Source of the DNA: Octopus bimaculoides
Taxonomy: Eukaryota
DNA: 35,512 nucleotides
Reading direction: 5' to 3'
Assembly: GCF_001194135.2 (NCBI RefSeq)
Contig: NC_068981.1
Span: 192,055,927-192,091,438, forward strand
The translations under genes were made by a program, and so were the position numbers. Below are positions 11,655 through 23,098 of the stretch, piece by piece (positions within the stretch are counted from its first letter, which is position 1; each line of letters starts with the position of its first letter). A model generated the notes under the pieces. That model made no database searches and had not been told where the DNA came from. It was given only the letters and a program-made list of their open reading frames with translations.

Positions 11655-12567
11655 GTTTAGGTACGTAAAATGTAACACAAGAATGTCGAAATAAAATGAA
11701 GAGAGAGCAAAGGTCAAACAATTCTAAAGATCCAAGCTATCTTGTCAACTACTGTACAACCAAAAAGGTACAATTCCAACCATTCCTGTACCTTTAATAT
11801 TTCTGGAGCAAATATTTAAGCTATGAAATGAAATTTACTTTCTATTTTATTTCATGATATTGAGGTCTTAAGAAAGATTTTTGTTTTTATTTCCTTTGAT
11901 AGAGTAACTTTAATAACTTTACTTTTTTTGTGCCCAGCAATATCTTAGAAACTTTATCAATGCCATAGATCTCTGTCTCTTCTCATTACCACATATCAAG
12001 ATGGCAGACATATTTCCTATTGATCCACATGCCAGAAGCTCTGTAGCTTTTTTTTTTTTTTTTAACTAATGAAGCTTCAAATTAAAAAAAAATCTCATTA
12101 AATGCATTCACAAAATATTTACATAAAATCAGCTCAAATATGTATAAATACAATTATAAAAATGACACCATTGATGGTCATATCTCAAGAAGAAATAACT
12201 TTCTTGGTTCAGACAACTCTGCTTCAGTTAAGTGCCTATGTTTATAAATTGCTTATTTAAGCTAGAGTTCAGCACAGTAGACATTATAATGAGATTCTGA
12301 CCAACCAACCACAAATGGTTGAAATCTGATCTTTGACTAATAAGATGTTTATTTTTGTGGGTGAAGGGTTGTTTAGTGGTTAACTCAAATACCATTTTAT
12401 ACATCATTTTATGTCCCAGCATTGAACAGATTTACAAATTTGGACAAGAGCAAATGAAGTCAGAATGGGAATTTGTTTAATGTTTAGCTATTCATATCTA
12501 ATAGTGACACAAGGGCACAAATATATGAAGAGAGTACAGCCAACAAAATTTGTTTTTTTTAATTTTT

Positions 12568-12695
12568 TTATTTCATTGACCACAGAAGGATAAAAGGCAA
12601 AGTGGAGTCTGGCAAGATTTGAACTCAGAATATAAAGGACTAAATACATCAAAGGATTTTGTCCGTCTCAGATTTTAACAATCCATCAGCTAACA
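12568..12695 (-). mobile_element. Decayed fragment of the 2829 SINE family
   Basis: ATTGACCACAGAAGGATAAAAGGCAAAGTGG...GATTTGAACTCAGAAT is the reverse complement of the body at 2890-2960. Confidence 0.65.
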
Positions 12696-13491
12696 TTGTC
12701 AATTAAAATATTTTCAATTTTTCAGCTGCAATATATCTGAACTTACAATACAAAAAACATCTGCCTTTTGAACAATGTAATATGAATAGAAAGTGTCAGC
12801 CCTTTTCTTTTAATTAATCAACTTTCAATTAACTTCTCTACATTATGTAAAAACAAACAAAAAAATTTTTTTTATGAAAACAAATTATACATATGTATTA
12901 GATGACAGAATAAAACATTATATCTATGAGATTCTGCAATGTAAAAGAAAAAAAATTAAACAATCTTCAAAGAAGCACCTAATATGAATCTCAGTTTGGC
13001 TGGCGGGGGAAACTGCAATATTACACAGGACCTTATTAAAGGTTAAAAAGGGGGAAAGTAAACATATTAGATGATTGAAGGTTCTTTAACATTTATTAAA
13101 CAAATTTTGAACAGATTTTGATCTTATATAGCCATTATTTTTTTTTCTTTTATGTGATAATCTTACACACTTTACCGTTTACATTAAGAGATCAGCTAAT
13201 TGTAAATACTCTGGTTTTGTTGGAGAATTACTTCTTTTTTTTTTNNNNNNNNNNAGATTTACTTCTTTTTTTTTTTTCCATTAGCCAAAATTCGTGACAT
13301 TTTCTGCAATATCTTTAACTAAATATAAGAACTGAATGTGAATTTTTCATGTATATAGTTTAACAAAACATTAAAGTCATATTGCAAAATGGTAAAATGA
13401 AAAGTTTCAGTGCAATTATAAAGTTAATCAGAATCACTACCCCACATGCACGTCCCATGCATGCATGTGTATACACACACACACACACACA

Positions 13492-13735
13492 CACTGGGTA
13501 CAGCATATACCTTTACAACAGAAATTGAAACATTCTTATCCACAAAAATAGTTGCAAATATGAGACTCCCGAAAACACTTTTGTTTTACTGTTTAGCCTT
13601 AATGGTGGCTCAGCCAAAATGCGAACAAATTGTAGCACTGAAAATGGCTGGCAAAAGAATTGCGAGGTGATAGAACAGCTGAGAAAAGATTTAGGACTAT
13701 GGTAGAAGGGTGGCCATTTTCTGTTGTAAACATTT
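13492..13735 (+). mobile_element. Internally deleted Tc1-mariner (maT-like) element retaining the transposase N-terminus
   Basis: 13-bp inverted repeat TTTACAACAGAAA (13512-13524) / TTTCTGTTGTAAA (13718-13730); ATG at 13602 gives MVAQPKCEQIVALKMAGKRIAR*, resembling the HTH start of maT/Tc1 transposases. Confidence 0.55.
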
Positions 13736-13755
13736 GTACAATTTCTTTTATTTGT

Positions 13756-13875
13756 CTTTTATTTGTGTCAGTCATTTGACTGCAGCCATGCTGGAGCACC
13801 ACCTTTAGTTGAACAAGTTGACCCCAGGACTTATTCTTTGTAAGCCTAGTATTTATTCTAGTAGTCTCTTTTGCC
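13756..13875 (-). mobile_element. 3' part of abundant OR-type octopus SINE
   Basis: CAGTCATTTGACTGCAGCCATGCTGGAGCACC...GACTTATTCTTTGTAAGCCTAG; matches 27830-27940. Confidence 0.8.
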
Positions 13876-14856
13876 ATATATAAGTCTCAGTTTCTGTCAA
13901 ACTGTATTGTCTGAAATATCCAAAAATCTGAATCAGCTGGTACTGTTGGAAATGTCTCACTACGTAACTTTCCTTCAAGTTCTTCTCATTTGACGGCCCA
14001 TGCACAAGAAATCCTGATTAGTAACAGAGCAGATCATCAGCTTTAAATGAACTAACACGTGTATGTTAATGAAATCAAGAGAGTATCAAAGGGAAAGGTT
14101 GATTGAGATACTCATACAATAAAGAATGGGTTAGATAGAAGCTTTTAGTGGTAGTTCTAGCTGCATTGCAGAAGAATTCTGCTATTCAACAAATAAACCA
14201 AACTGTCACCAAAGACCTTCAACAAGTGTTATTACAGTTTTCTTTTTTGTTAAGGCTATTACTTTAGATTTATGGTGTTAATATTGTAAAAAAATATTCA
14301 AATTGCTGCAATAAAATATCTCTAGTGTCGGTCATTATAGTAACATGTAAGCTATTTTTTTTTTTATTTTCTCTCTACATATGGTTGTCTTATGTTTCAA
14401 GGGACAAAATTGTTTTGGTCATTAATTGCACAGAGGTGTTAATTACCAAACTTGACAAAATAGCTTAATGCCTCATTTGAGCAGGATAAAAATAATGATG
14501 ATTGACTGCCAATTAAATGATCGTTTCTAATATTAACCCTTAACAGCATTTCCTGATTGGCTTCTAATAAGTTGACTACCATTCAAACTGAGATATCAAT
14601 TAGAAAAATTAAGAGGAAAAAAACTCATTAAAGGTGAATAGTATTAATACATCACAATTTACCTCCATTATCAATATTTTTTGGAAATTAACCTTATATA
14701 ATTTCTTGTGGACTACATACAAAAGAAAATATGAAGCACAAAACATTTTGCTGCTGCTGCTGTTGTTGTTGACACTGGACGTGTAATGACATTGGTAAAC
14801 ATTTTTCATTTTAGTCATTTCATGAAAAATCAAATCACAATAAAAAATGGAAATTG

Positions 14857-15282
14857 TAGTTGTGGCCGATGCTAGTGCAGCCTGACTGGCTCTCGTGCTG
14901 GTGGCACACAATAAGCACCATTCATGTGGGTCAGTGCGGCCTGACTGGCTCCCCATGCCAGTGGTACGTAAAAAACATCATCTGAATGTGGTCAATGCCA
15001 GTCCCCCTCCCGCCACCGCCCTGACTGGCTCCTGTACTGGTAGCATGTAAAAAGCACCATCCAAACATGGCCAATGCCAGTGCTGCCTGACTAGCTCCCG
15101 TGCCAGTGGCACGGAAAAAGCACCCACTACACTCTTGGAGTGGTTGGCATTAGGAAGGGTATTCAGCTGTAGAAACATTGCCAGATGAAGTTGGAGCCTG
15201 GTGTGGCCTCCTGGCTTGCCAGTCCCCAGTCAAACTGTCCAACCCATGCTAGTATGGAAGGCAGACGTTAAACGATGACGAT
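14857..15282 (+). mobile_element. RTE-tail copy with ~4.5 tandem ~60-bp units
   Basis: CCTGACT(G/A)GCTC occurs four times, followed by the AAAAAGCACCCACTACACTC...GACGTTAAACGATGACGAT core. Confidence 0.85.
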
Positions 15283-15286
15283 AGTG

Positions 15287-15687
15287 ATCGTCATCATTTT
15301 AATGGACACTTTTCCATGCTTGCATAGGTCACATGGAATTCATTGGGAGATTTTCTGTAGGCAGATGTCTTCCTATCACCAACCCTTAACTCTTTCCAAG
15401 TAAGGTGAGATTTCTCCTTGATTGAACAGGTTTCCATGGAAGTTTAGAAATGTACGACACCCCTAATATGACAGTGTTGATGTCGATACTCTTTGCTGAT
15501 ATCAGCTATTGTGCAATGTAATCAAAGAAACACATACAAACACAGACACATGATAGGTGTCTTTTAGTTTCCATCTACTAAATACACCAAGACCAAGACA
15601 TTTGCCCAAGATGTCATGCAGTGGGACTGAACCCTAAATCATGCAGTAGGGAAGTGAGCTTCTTAATGACACAGCCATGCCTGTGCC
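15287..15687 (-). mobile_element. Full-length composite SINE (same architecture as 8147-8836), tail-to-tail with the preceding element
   Basis: Reverse complement: GGCACAGGCATGGCTGTGTC...GGGTTCAGTCCCACTGC head, central TG-rich tract, body, tail ATGCAAGCATGGAAAAGTGTCCATTAAAATGATGACGAT. Confidence 0.8.
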
Positions 15688-18179
15688 TACTTGTCATTAT
15701 CATCTTATTTCGGTATATTTGATGTGTATATATATATATACACATCAAAGAATTACAAAACAGCGCAAGTTACATACACACTTTCATGAGCTTACAGGTG
15801 TCTCATAAGAAGTAGTGCACTCAATGCCAAGTGCTCTTGTGACAACTAGCTTCCACCAAGCAATTTAAATGAAGTTTGTCTAATGAAACCAGTGCACTTC
15901 ATTTTCACAATTCTTATTTTAGATTTATAAAAAATAATGGTTTTAAAATGCTTTCATAATCCTATTTCTTATAAAACACACTGTCAATATGTGTGAATAA
16001 ATTTCAAAAATAGGGATTTGAAAGGATTTAGTAAAAGAACAAAACTTTCTATTATTATCAAGCTGTTCCTTTATTAAGTTAGTGTTTAGAGGTTCTTTAC
16101 ATAAAATTATACATGAGGAAGGTTTTGATTTAATTACCAGTTCTTTAAAATGAAGTGTACTGCATTAGAACCACAAGTAGTTTTCACCAAAGTTGATTTC
16201 AAAAGGGTAAAGCTGAAATCAGAGTAGAATCTATATATAACATTCAAGTAACAAGCTAATCAAAAAGGGAGGAAGAAAGCACATTTTACAGTTTGTCATG
16301 AGACTAATGGATGCCACTAGATGGTGAAATGGTTATGAAGTCAAACCTATACTAGACTTTTTTGTTACAACATTATAGAAAATTCATTTATCTTGGCTTC
16401 AGAAAATTCACTCTTTCACATAAATGAGATGTTAGATTTAAGAATGCTATCTAGTTGTAAATGATTCATATCTTAAATGAAACTGGCAGAACCATCTAAC
16501 CCAATACTTGAATATTTATAGCTATTATGGTTTACAGAAAATATTAAAAAAGTGATATTGGTTTCAGGGATTAACAAATGATTGTGTGTGTGAGAGTGAG
16601 ACAGAGAGAGTGGGGGGAGAGAAAGAGTATTCACAATGAAAGAATATAAAGAAATATGTCCAGAGATAAAAAGAATGAGATATCTACATTGAGAGTAAAG
16701 AAGACAGACAACTATAGTTGTCTCACCTGACACACAATTTACTAGATAAGATCTGCTCCCATCCTTATCATCTACATAGATGATAAACATTTTGGTCACT
16801 TCTGATCATTCAATTGAGCATTGAAGCTATCTCTGTTGCTGGTTGTTAGATTTTTAACAAACCCCAGAACGAGTTTTGGTCAACTAATTGCTTGGATAAT
16901 GTCAGCGAGAAGTTTGCTTCTTTATTTTTTTTAATTCTTTTTTATATTTTGTCAACTCACATTTTACACATGGTAAATGTTCTGCATGCTAAAACAAATA
17001 TGGTAGGATCTCACCTAAGATATTTTTCACCAACTATATTGTTGCAATCAGTGTCACTACAGTTCCTGACACACACACAATAAAATTGGAAAAGCATAAA
17101 TTTCACATAGTTCATACTTTGCGCTCAATTGCCATTTCATTAGACTCAACATCATTTGATGCATAATTACATAATTTAAATTCTCACACACATACACACA
17201 CACACAATCACTCTTGCCATCTTACAAACTGAATAGAATATGCTTCACTGAGGAGGCCTATTAACACTGAAACAACTGTTGCTTTTACCAGCTGGCTTTA
17301 GAGACCAGATCCACTTCAATCACCATTATTGTTCATAAGCCTCAATCAACTGATCTTATTGGAATTATATCCCTTGATGGTTGTTTTTAGATTATAAACA
17401 ACCATAAAAGGATATACTCCTCTTATGGTGGTTTGGATAATCTCAGCTGGATCAAAGTTTATCAAACTATATTATACATGCAATAATCTTAGAGCATATT
17501 ATTTATGTAATGGTGTTGTCAGTTCCTTTGATCAAAGTCATTGAAACCATTCAGATACAATAAACCAGGATCATCATAATCAATTTGTACCCATCCACCC
17601 ACCCTTTTTAATCTTTATGTAATCATATAAAAAACGTTGTCAGTGTGTTTCCATTAATTTTGAAAATAATTAAGAATTTGGAACAATTAAGTCAACTGTT
17701 GTTAATAAGATGGTGTTTGTCCCATAACCTTAAAAAGGGAGGGGGGTTCAAAATTATAGCAAATTATAATTTAAACAAATCCTTTAAGAATCAGGTTTTA
17801 TATAATAAAATCAAGTGTGGTCAAACTAATTGGTATCAAGAGTTAAGACAAAGAGAGATTTGGTTGCTATTTCTAGTCAGTTGGGTAACCATATCAAGCT
17901 GGGGAAATTTTGTAGGGCCAGAAGTGAATTGGGGCATAAGAATCTATGCAGGCCACACTGGTGCTGAAAAAATTAATGAATCTTTATTTTTACAAATTCA
18001 TGAGAATGGAAATGGTTTTACTGCTTTGGTTTTTAAGGTTTTAAACCATTTTTTTTTTCTTTCTTTCTTCATATAGATTCTTAGAGACTTTGCCAGCAGG
18101 CTATTTCAAATTGGAATGTGAACATTTCATCTAGGCATGATGAGTTCCTGCACTTTTGGAATAAAGGTTTTCTTGGATC

Positions 18180-18935
18180 TAGTTGGTTTGGCTGCCAGCA
18201 TCATTTTCTGTTCAAACTGATTTCATATTCAGTGTAACAATACACTTTTATTGGCTAATGAATGACATGAAAATCATTTTTGCTATAAATTAATAAAAAG
18301 AGAGTTAGTAGCAATTAAAGTTTGAAAATTTTGGGTAATTTTAGCCAATCATAAGCCACAGACAAATTCATGCCTGTTTCAAGCCAAATATGAGAACTCT
18401 TTTCATAGAAAGAAAGCACATTTTGACAAATATATTCTACATGATGCTACATGCGTTGACGCTGTGCTCTGTTGCTTGTACCCTGGTTATGAGATGTGCT
18501 AAAAATAACAGCTAAATAGGCCTTAAATCATGCCCACCTACCCCATTAAAAAATTTTTTTGCATAATTGTATGAATTCCTGTGCGCAGAGTACAAATTTG
18601 CAAAAAAATTCTGAAAATTCCAAATTTTAAAAAAATTACAAGGAGTTATATGTCGTACATTAAGCAGAATTTGATTTGTTTACAGTTTCATATAAAAATG
18701 CGCTATTTTTTTAATGTTGACATGTGCAGTCATGCACAAAATGACAGCTTCCAAATCCCATTTCCTGACTGGGTGAAAATGATCAAAATTTAAACCTCTG
18801 TAACTTTTTTAAAATGCTTTTCTGGAAAAAGTGAAATACCTCCAGCAATTCAGCTTGGAAAAGTATATTAATGTGCCAAATTTTAAAATTTTCAGTAAAC
18901 TTTAATTTTTGAAATGTTGGGTGCCAAACTAACCA
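18180..18935. mobile_element. Putative non-autonomous DNA transposon, Academ-like
   Basis: 22-bp TIRs TAGTTGGTTTGGCTGCCAGCAT vs reverse complement TGGTTAGTTTGGCACCCAACAT (17/22); GATC directly on both sides (18176-18179, 18936-18939); subterminal inverted motifs AAAAAATTACAAGGAGTT / AACCTCTGTAACTTTTTT; no ORF recognised. Confidence 0.5.
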
Positions 18936-19227
18936 GATCTGTTTTCTTCATTGACTCATAACCAATTACAAAACACCAGCAATGCTGAATGGGCATAAAG
19001 CCTAAGGTCAGCCTCTCCAAACTATATCAAACTAATATAATTAGTAACAGCATGAAGAGAAAATTCAATAGCACATAGCTTTGGGGTCCTTTTTAAAGTT
19101 AAACAACCCCTAACACAACGAGCTGCATCTTTACTTACCATAATGAATTTAATTTTTTTCACACTTCAAAGAGAAAGTAAAGAGAAGAAAACATGAATAT
19201 ATTATCTGATTCATGTTTTATTAGCAA

Positions 19228-19499
19228 CTAGCTGGCCCTGTGCCGCCGTCAAAAATGCTGGCTAATTGTAGTATTTTATATATAACTATGGATGGTAAAT
19301 CAAATTAATACACTTGTCAATGTTATCTAGTGGTTGTCTTTTCAGATGTGGCATTGATCATTGTTTGTTACTGTAAAAAATGCTGGTTCACACATACAAA
19401 CATTCACATACTTCCCTTGTACACACACACACATATACTCACACAGAGCTGAAACACTGGTTTTTCTTTTCAGCTCTGAACGTTCACCATCCCACTTCC

Positions 19500-19545
<46 letters not shown>

Positions 19546-19847
19546 NNNNNNNNNNATGTTATCTAGTGGTTGTCTTTTCAGATGTGGCATTGATCATTGT
19601 TTGTTACTGTAAAAAATGCTGGTTCACACATACAAACATTCACATACTTCCCTTGTACACACACACACACACATATACTCACACAGAGTTGAAACACTGT
19701 TTGATTTTTTTTTTTCTCATTGTAGAACTTCCATCATCCCACTACCAAGTTTGTCATCACCCCTTCCTTCCTTATTCATCTATCACCCCTTCCTTTCTCA
19801 TTCATATGTTGTGGTGGAGAAATACACACAAGTATTATTATAGTAGA
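19228..19847 (-). mobile_element. Non-autonomous Helitron
   Basis: Minus strand reads A|TCTACTATAATAATAC ... GCCAGCATTTTTGACGGC (decayed hairpin) -13 nt- CTAG|T, the canonical Helitron termini and A-T target. Assembled length is inflated by a duplication around the 10-N gap. Confidence 0.75.
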
Positions 19848-19889
19848 TATTATGATTGCCCTGATATACTTATAGGTTTATGATACTGC

Positions 19890-20432
19890 TGCTTTTCACC
19901 CTTCCTCTGCTGCCCTGTCTTGCCTCCTCCTTCCAGAGCCACTTCCATCTCTAACCATCTGTCACTCTCCTCTCATACACTTATGAACTTACCCACTCTT
20001 TCCCTCCTCCTTCATCCTCTGTCCCTATTCTCACCTGTACTCATCTTCTTGGGTCTCAAGAGCATGCTTTATCTCCTCTATAGCAAGACACCTGTGCTTC
20101 TCCCTTATACCAAGTACACTGAGCCTCTCAACACCAAGTACAAAGCCACCTACCCTTCCCTTAAATACACTCCCACTCAGTCAAGAGGTCCATTTCTTCG
20201 TTTTGCAAGTTACTTGGTGACTTCACAAGTGCCAGTGTCATGAAAAAAATTGCACCCCATACACTGTGTAAAGTGGTTGCCATTAGGAAAAGCATCCAGC
20301 TGTAGAAACCATGCCAAAGCAGGCATTGGAGCTTGATGCAGTCCAGTGGTTTGTTAGATCCTGTCAAACCATTCAGCTCATGCCAACATGGAAAATAGAC
20401 ATTAAATGATGATGATGATGATGATGATGATG
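19890..20432 (+). mobile_element. Interspersed repeat: pyrimidine-rich body + RTE-type tail, second subfamily
   Basis: TTGCAAGTTACTTGGTGAC...AAAGTGGTTGCCATTAGGAAAAGCATCCAGCTGTAGAAACC...CATGGAAAATAGACATTAAAT then (GAT)9; the junction matches 28990-29110. The 5' boundary is uncertain. Confidence 0.7.
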
Positions 20433-20744
20433 ATATACTAAGTAAATTTTTCATCTTGTTTTTTTCCTTTTTACTTAGTACATCATAAGTATTTTATAGT
20501 AACTTTTTACTTTAACATTTTAGCAAAATCAATGGTGTTAAAATAAATCAAATCAAAAATTAAAGAAATAAAATACAAATATATTCATGATATTCAGATT
20601 TTATAATAATCAATTCTAATTATAAAGGAATTATAAATGAAATTTACAAGTCTTCTTAATCTATAATTACATATCCTTTGAGAAACTGCCCCAAGAGTCA
20701 TTAAAAATATTTCTTAACAAAAACAAATAACAATGAGACATGCA

Positions 20745-20870
20745 TGTAACTACATAGAGGGGAACCTTTATGACACAACTAGATTTACTAGAAATAGCAG
20801 TCAATTCTCAAAATTACACCCTACATCTTATAGGAAGATATGTTGGATAATGGAATCATAGGTACAGTAT
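20745..20870. mobile_element. Interspersed repeat fragment (CTAGAAATAGCAG family)
   Basis: CTAGAAATAGCAGTCAATTCTCAAAATTACACCCTAC; inverted homologues at ~17850-17895 and ~30255-30412. Confidence 0.55.
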
Positions 20871-20904
20871 GGTGGAAAAAAGAAAAGGTGGGATTAGTGT
20901 TGAA

Positions 20905-21295
20905 CTGAAGTTAAATGACACTGGAGGCAAAACATTTTCTAAACCTCAGAAATCAACAAAAAAATCTCAAATTAGCTTCTTAAACATTGCCTCACACTAG
21001 ACACTTAATTCCTTGGAATTGTAGACCATTACGACAAACAGCATGTCTTGGGTATTCTTAGACCTGATAGAGACCATCCCTCTCTAGGTCTGATCACAAG
21101 TGATTTCTTTCAGAATAAGAAACATACAGACAGGCAGAAAGAGTGAGAGAAAAGGAACAATCTACACCAGTACAGGACTGATTTACAAAATTAATCTCAA
21201 AGTGTCTTCCTAGAAATGAACAACAGGCTGACTGAAGCAGCCTGTGCTACTAAGAGAATGGATGACCGTGATGGCTGAGAGCTATGATCAGCAAG
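20905..21295 (+). mobile_element. Possible very old RTE-clade LINE 3' coding end
   Basis: Fragments HWRQNI, FLGIV and MDDRDG(W)RAMI (needs a 1-nt frameshift) resemble RTE C-termini; heavily decayed. Confidence 0.25.
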
Positions 21296-21564
21296 ATAAA
21301 AACTGATCCAATACACACCATTTTGGTTTAGATCTCTGAAGATATATAATTGGATGGGACAGTTTAATGAATAGGAAGGTTACACCAATAACCTTAATCT
21401 AAGGCAACAGCTGGAGCACCAATCAGTAAACAACAATAGCTGTAACATTGTTCAGTGTATTGCATCTAACTTCCATCATTAGTACAATGAAAGGTGCAGA
21501 GTGAGGTAATGATTTTATATACTATTCTATGACATCACATTCTCCATATCACCTTTAATTTTGA

Positions 21565-21840
21565 CTTAAAGTCTGTTATGAGCCCTAGGATTCATAAACC
21601 AGCCTCATGGTATACAAGTGACTAATATTACAACATACCTGCTTGAACAGGATGGCAGTTCATCACAGGGTTAACAATCATCTAAGTTATTGCTAGAACT
21701 CATTTACAGATGGGTGGACTGAGGCAATGAGAACTGAAGTGTTTTGTTTAAGAATACAATGTACTGCCTGGTCTGGGAATTGAAACGTCAATCTTACAAT
21801 TGTAAATGCAACACCCTAACCATTAGGCCATATACCTCCA
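21565..21840 (-). mobile_element. tRNA-derived SINE with Meta-domain-like core
   Basis: Reverse complement: TGGCCTAATGGTTAGGGTG (A box)...GTTTCAATTCCC (B box)...CTCAGTCCACCCATCTGTAAATGAGT...AACCCTGTGATGAACTGCCATCCTGTTCAAG, resembling the MetaSINE core as recalled. Confidence 0.65.
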
Positions 21841-23098
21841 CTCCACCTTAAAGTGGCCCTAAAATAATTCAGACATTGAACCCACTAAACTAACCTTCTT
21901 TGATGATGAGGAAAATCCAAGAAATAATGCAAAACAACAATGGTATATAAATAATTTTATAGAGAAAAGAGAGAAACAGAAACTGCAACAATAGAAAGTT
22001 TAGACATTTAATTAAACAAGCCAAGTATCAGGCCAATAGGTCTTGCATTAACAAACAAAAGCATGAACATAATTATTTCTAAACTTTACTCTCTTCTGTA
22101 CGGATAACCTAACAGACGTGAAAATGACACTAACTGTTCTACACTGATCTTTAAAACTCCAGTGAATATGTTGTAACTAAATACCATGTAGGCGAGCTCT
22201 AAAACTACAGTCAAAGAAGACAAAAGAACTTGCCTCTTAAGGTGAAGCATCAATGTTCTCTTTAAAAAGAAGAAAAGAAAAAGAAAACTATCCCACACAC
22301 TTTATTCCTGATATTTGATGCAACATATCTCATCAAAGAACTTCAAATCGAGGATGAAAATATGAAAACTGAGTCATTTATGGCAAACGCTTTGAGATAT
22401 CACAAGTGCCATTAGTGTTTCCTCTCAGAGGAATTGGTCTGTTGGTAATGTCGATTAGAAAGCAACAGTTCTAATCCACATCACATTCAAAAGAAGAATA
22501 TCAGGTTCAAACTGCAAAGAAAATAATTTTTCAAACAATTCTCACACAATTTCGAATATATAAAAAGAAATTCAGTGAATTAAAAGCTGCAACATACATA
22601 CATACATATATATATATATACCTATGTGTGTGCCGTGTGTGTTTTTAAAAAAACTCTCCCAAGTTGATGTCAGGCTGCAAAATTCCCAAGCATCAATTAC
22701 AAAATGAAAACTAAAATAAACCTGAACACCAACAAAGCTCAAGCAAACAAGCAAAAGAAATTCTCTTGTGAGAAGCCATCTGTCTACATCAAACAAATTA
22801 GATTTCCTCAAAGACATTAGCAAAAAACTTCAAGAAGAAAATTTAATAACTTAATGGCTCAATACCCTAAATCCTACCTATTCAATGAGGAAATTTTTTT
22901 TTTCATTCTCACAACTGACTCTCAAGAGGGGTTCATATTAGACCATATTTGTGAATAGCTGGAATACTTCATTTCTGATAACAATTTATGCATATTTAAT
23001 AATTTTCCTCCATACTTGCATGTAGGAAATGGATAATATACTTCCATTGATCACACACTAACTGCTCCTTCCTTTCTTCCTCTCCAATTTCCATTCAG

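Noticed and set aside
14745-14772. PolyQ-coding (CAA/CAG) tract on the minus strand
   Set aside because: Short; an in-frame stop lies just upstream and there is no usable splice acceptor.
14857-15112. CRISPR-like repeat-spacer array
   Set aside because: The units are diverged tandem repeats whose 'spacers' are homologous to each other; they are part of a retroelement 3' region; eukaryotic context with no cas genes.
17300-17560. Mitochondrial insertion (TGA in Trp-like positions)
   Set aside because: TAA stops in the same frame and no mitochondrial protein motif recognised.
17873-17893. Alternative left TIR for the 18935 end
   Set aside because: Weaker match, no TSD, and it belongs to the GATTTGGCTGCTATTTCTAG repeat family; 18180 fits better.
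17645-18076. 143-aa ORF, the longest gap-free non-microsatellite ORF
   Set aside because: No recognisable domain; it includes a repeat fragment (17850-17895) and a poly-T tract; plausible as a chance ORF.
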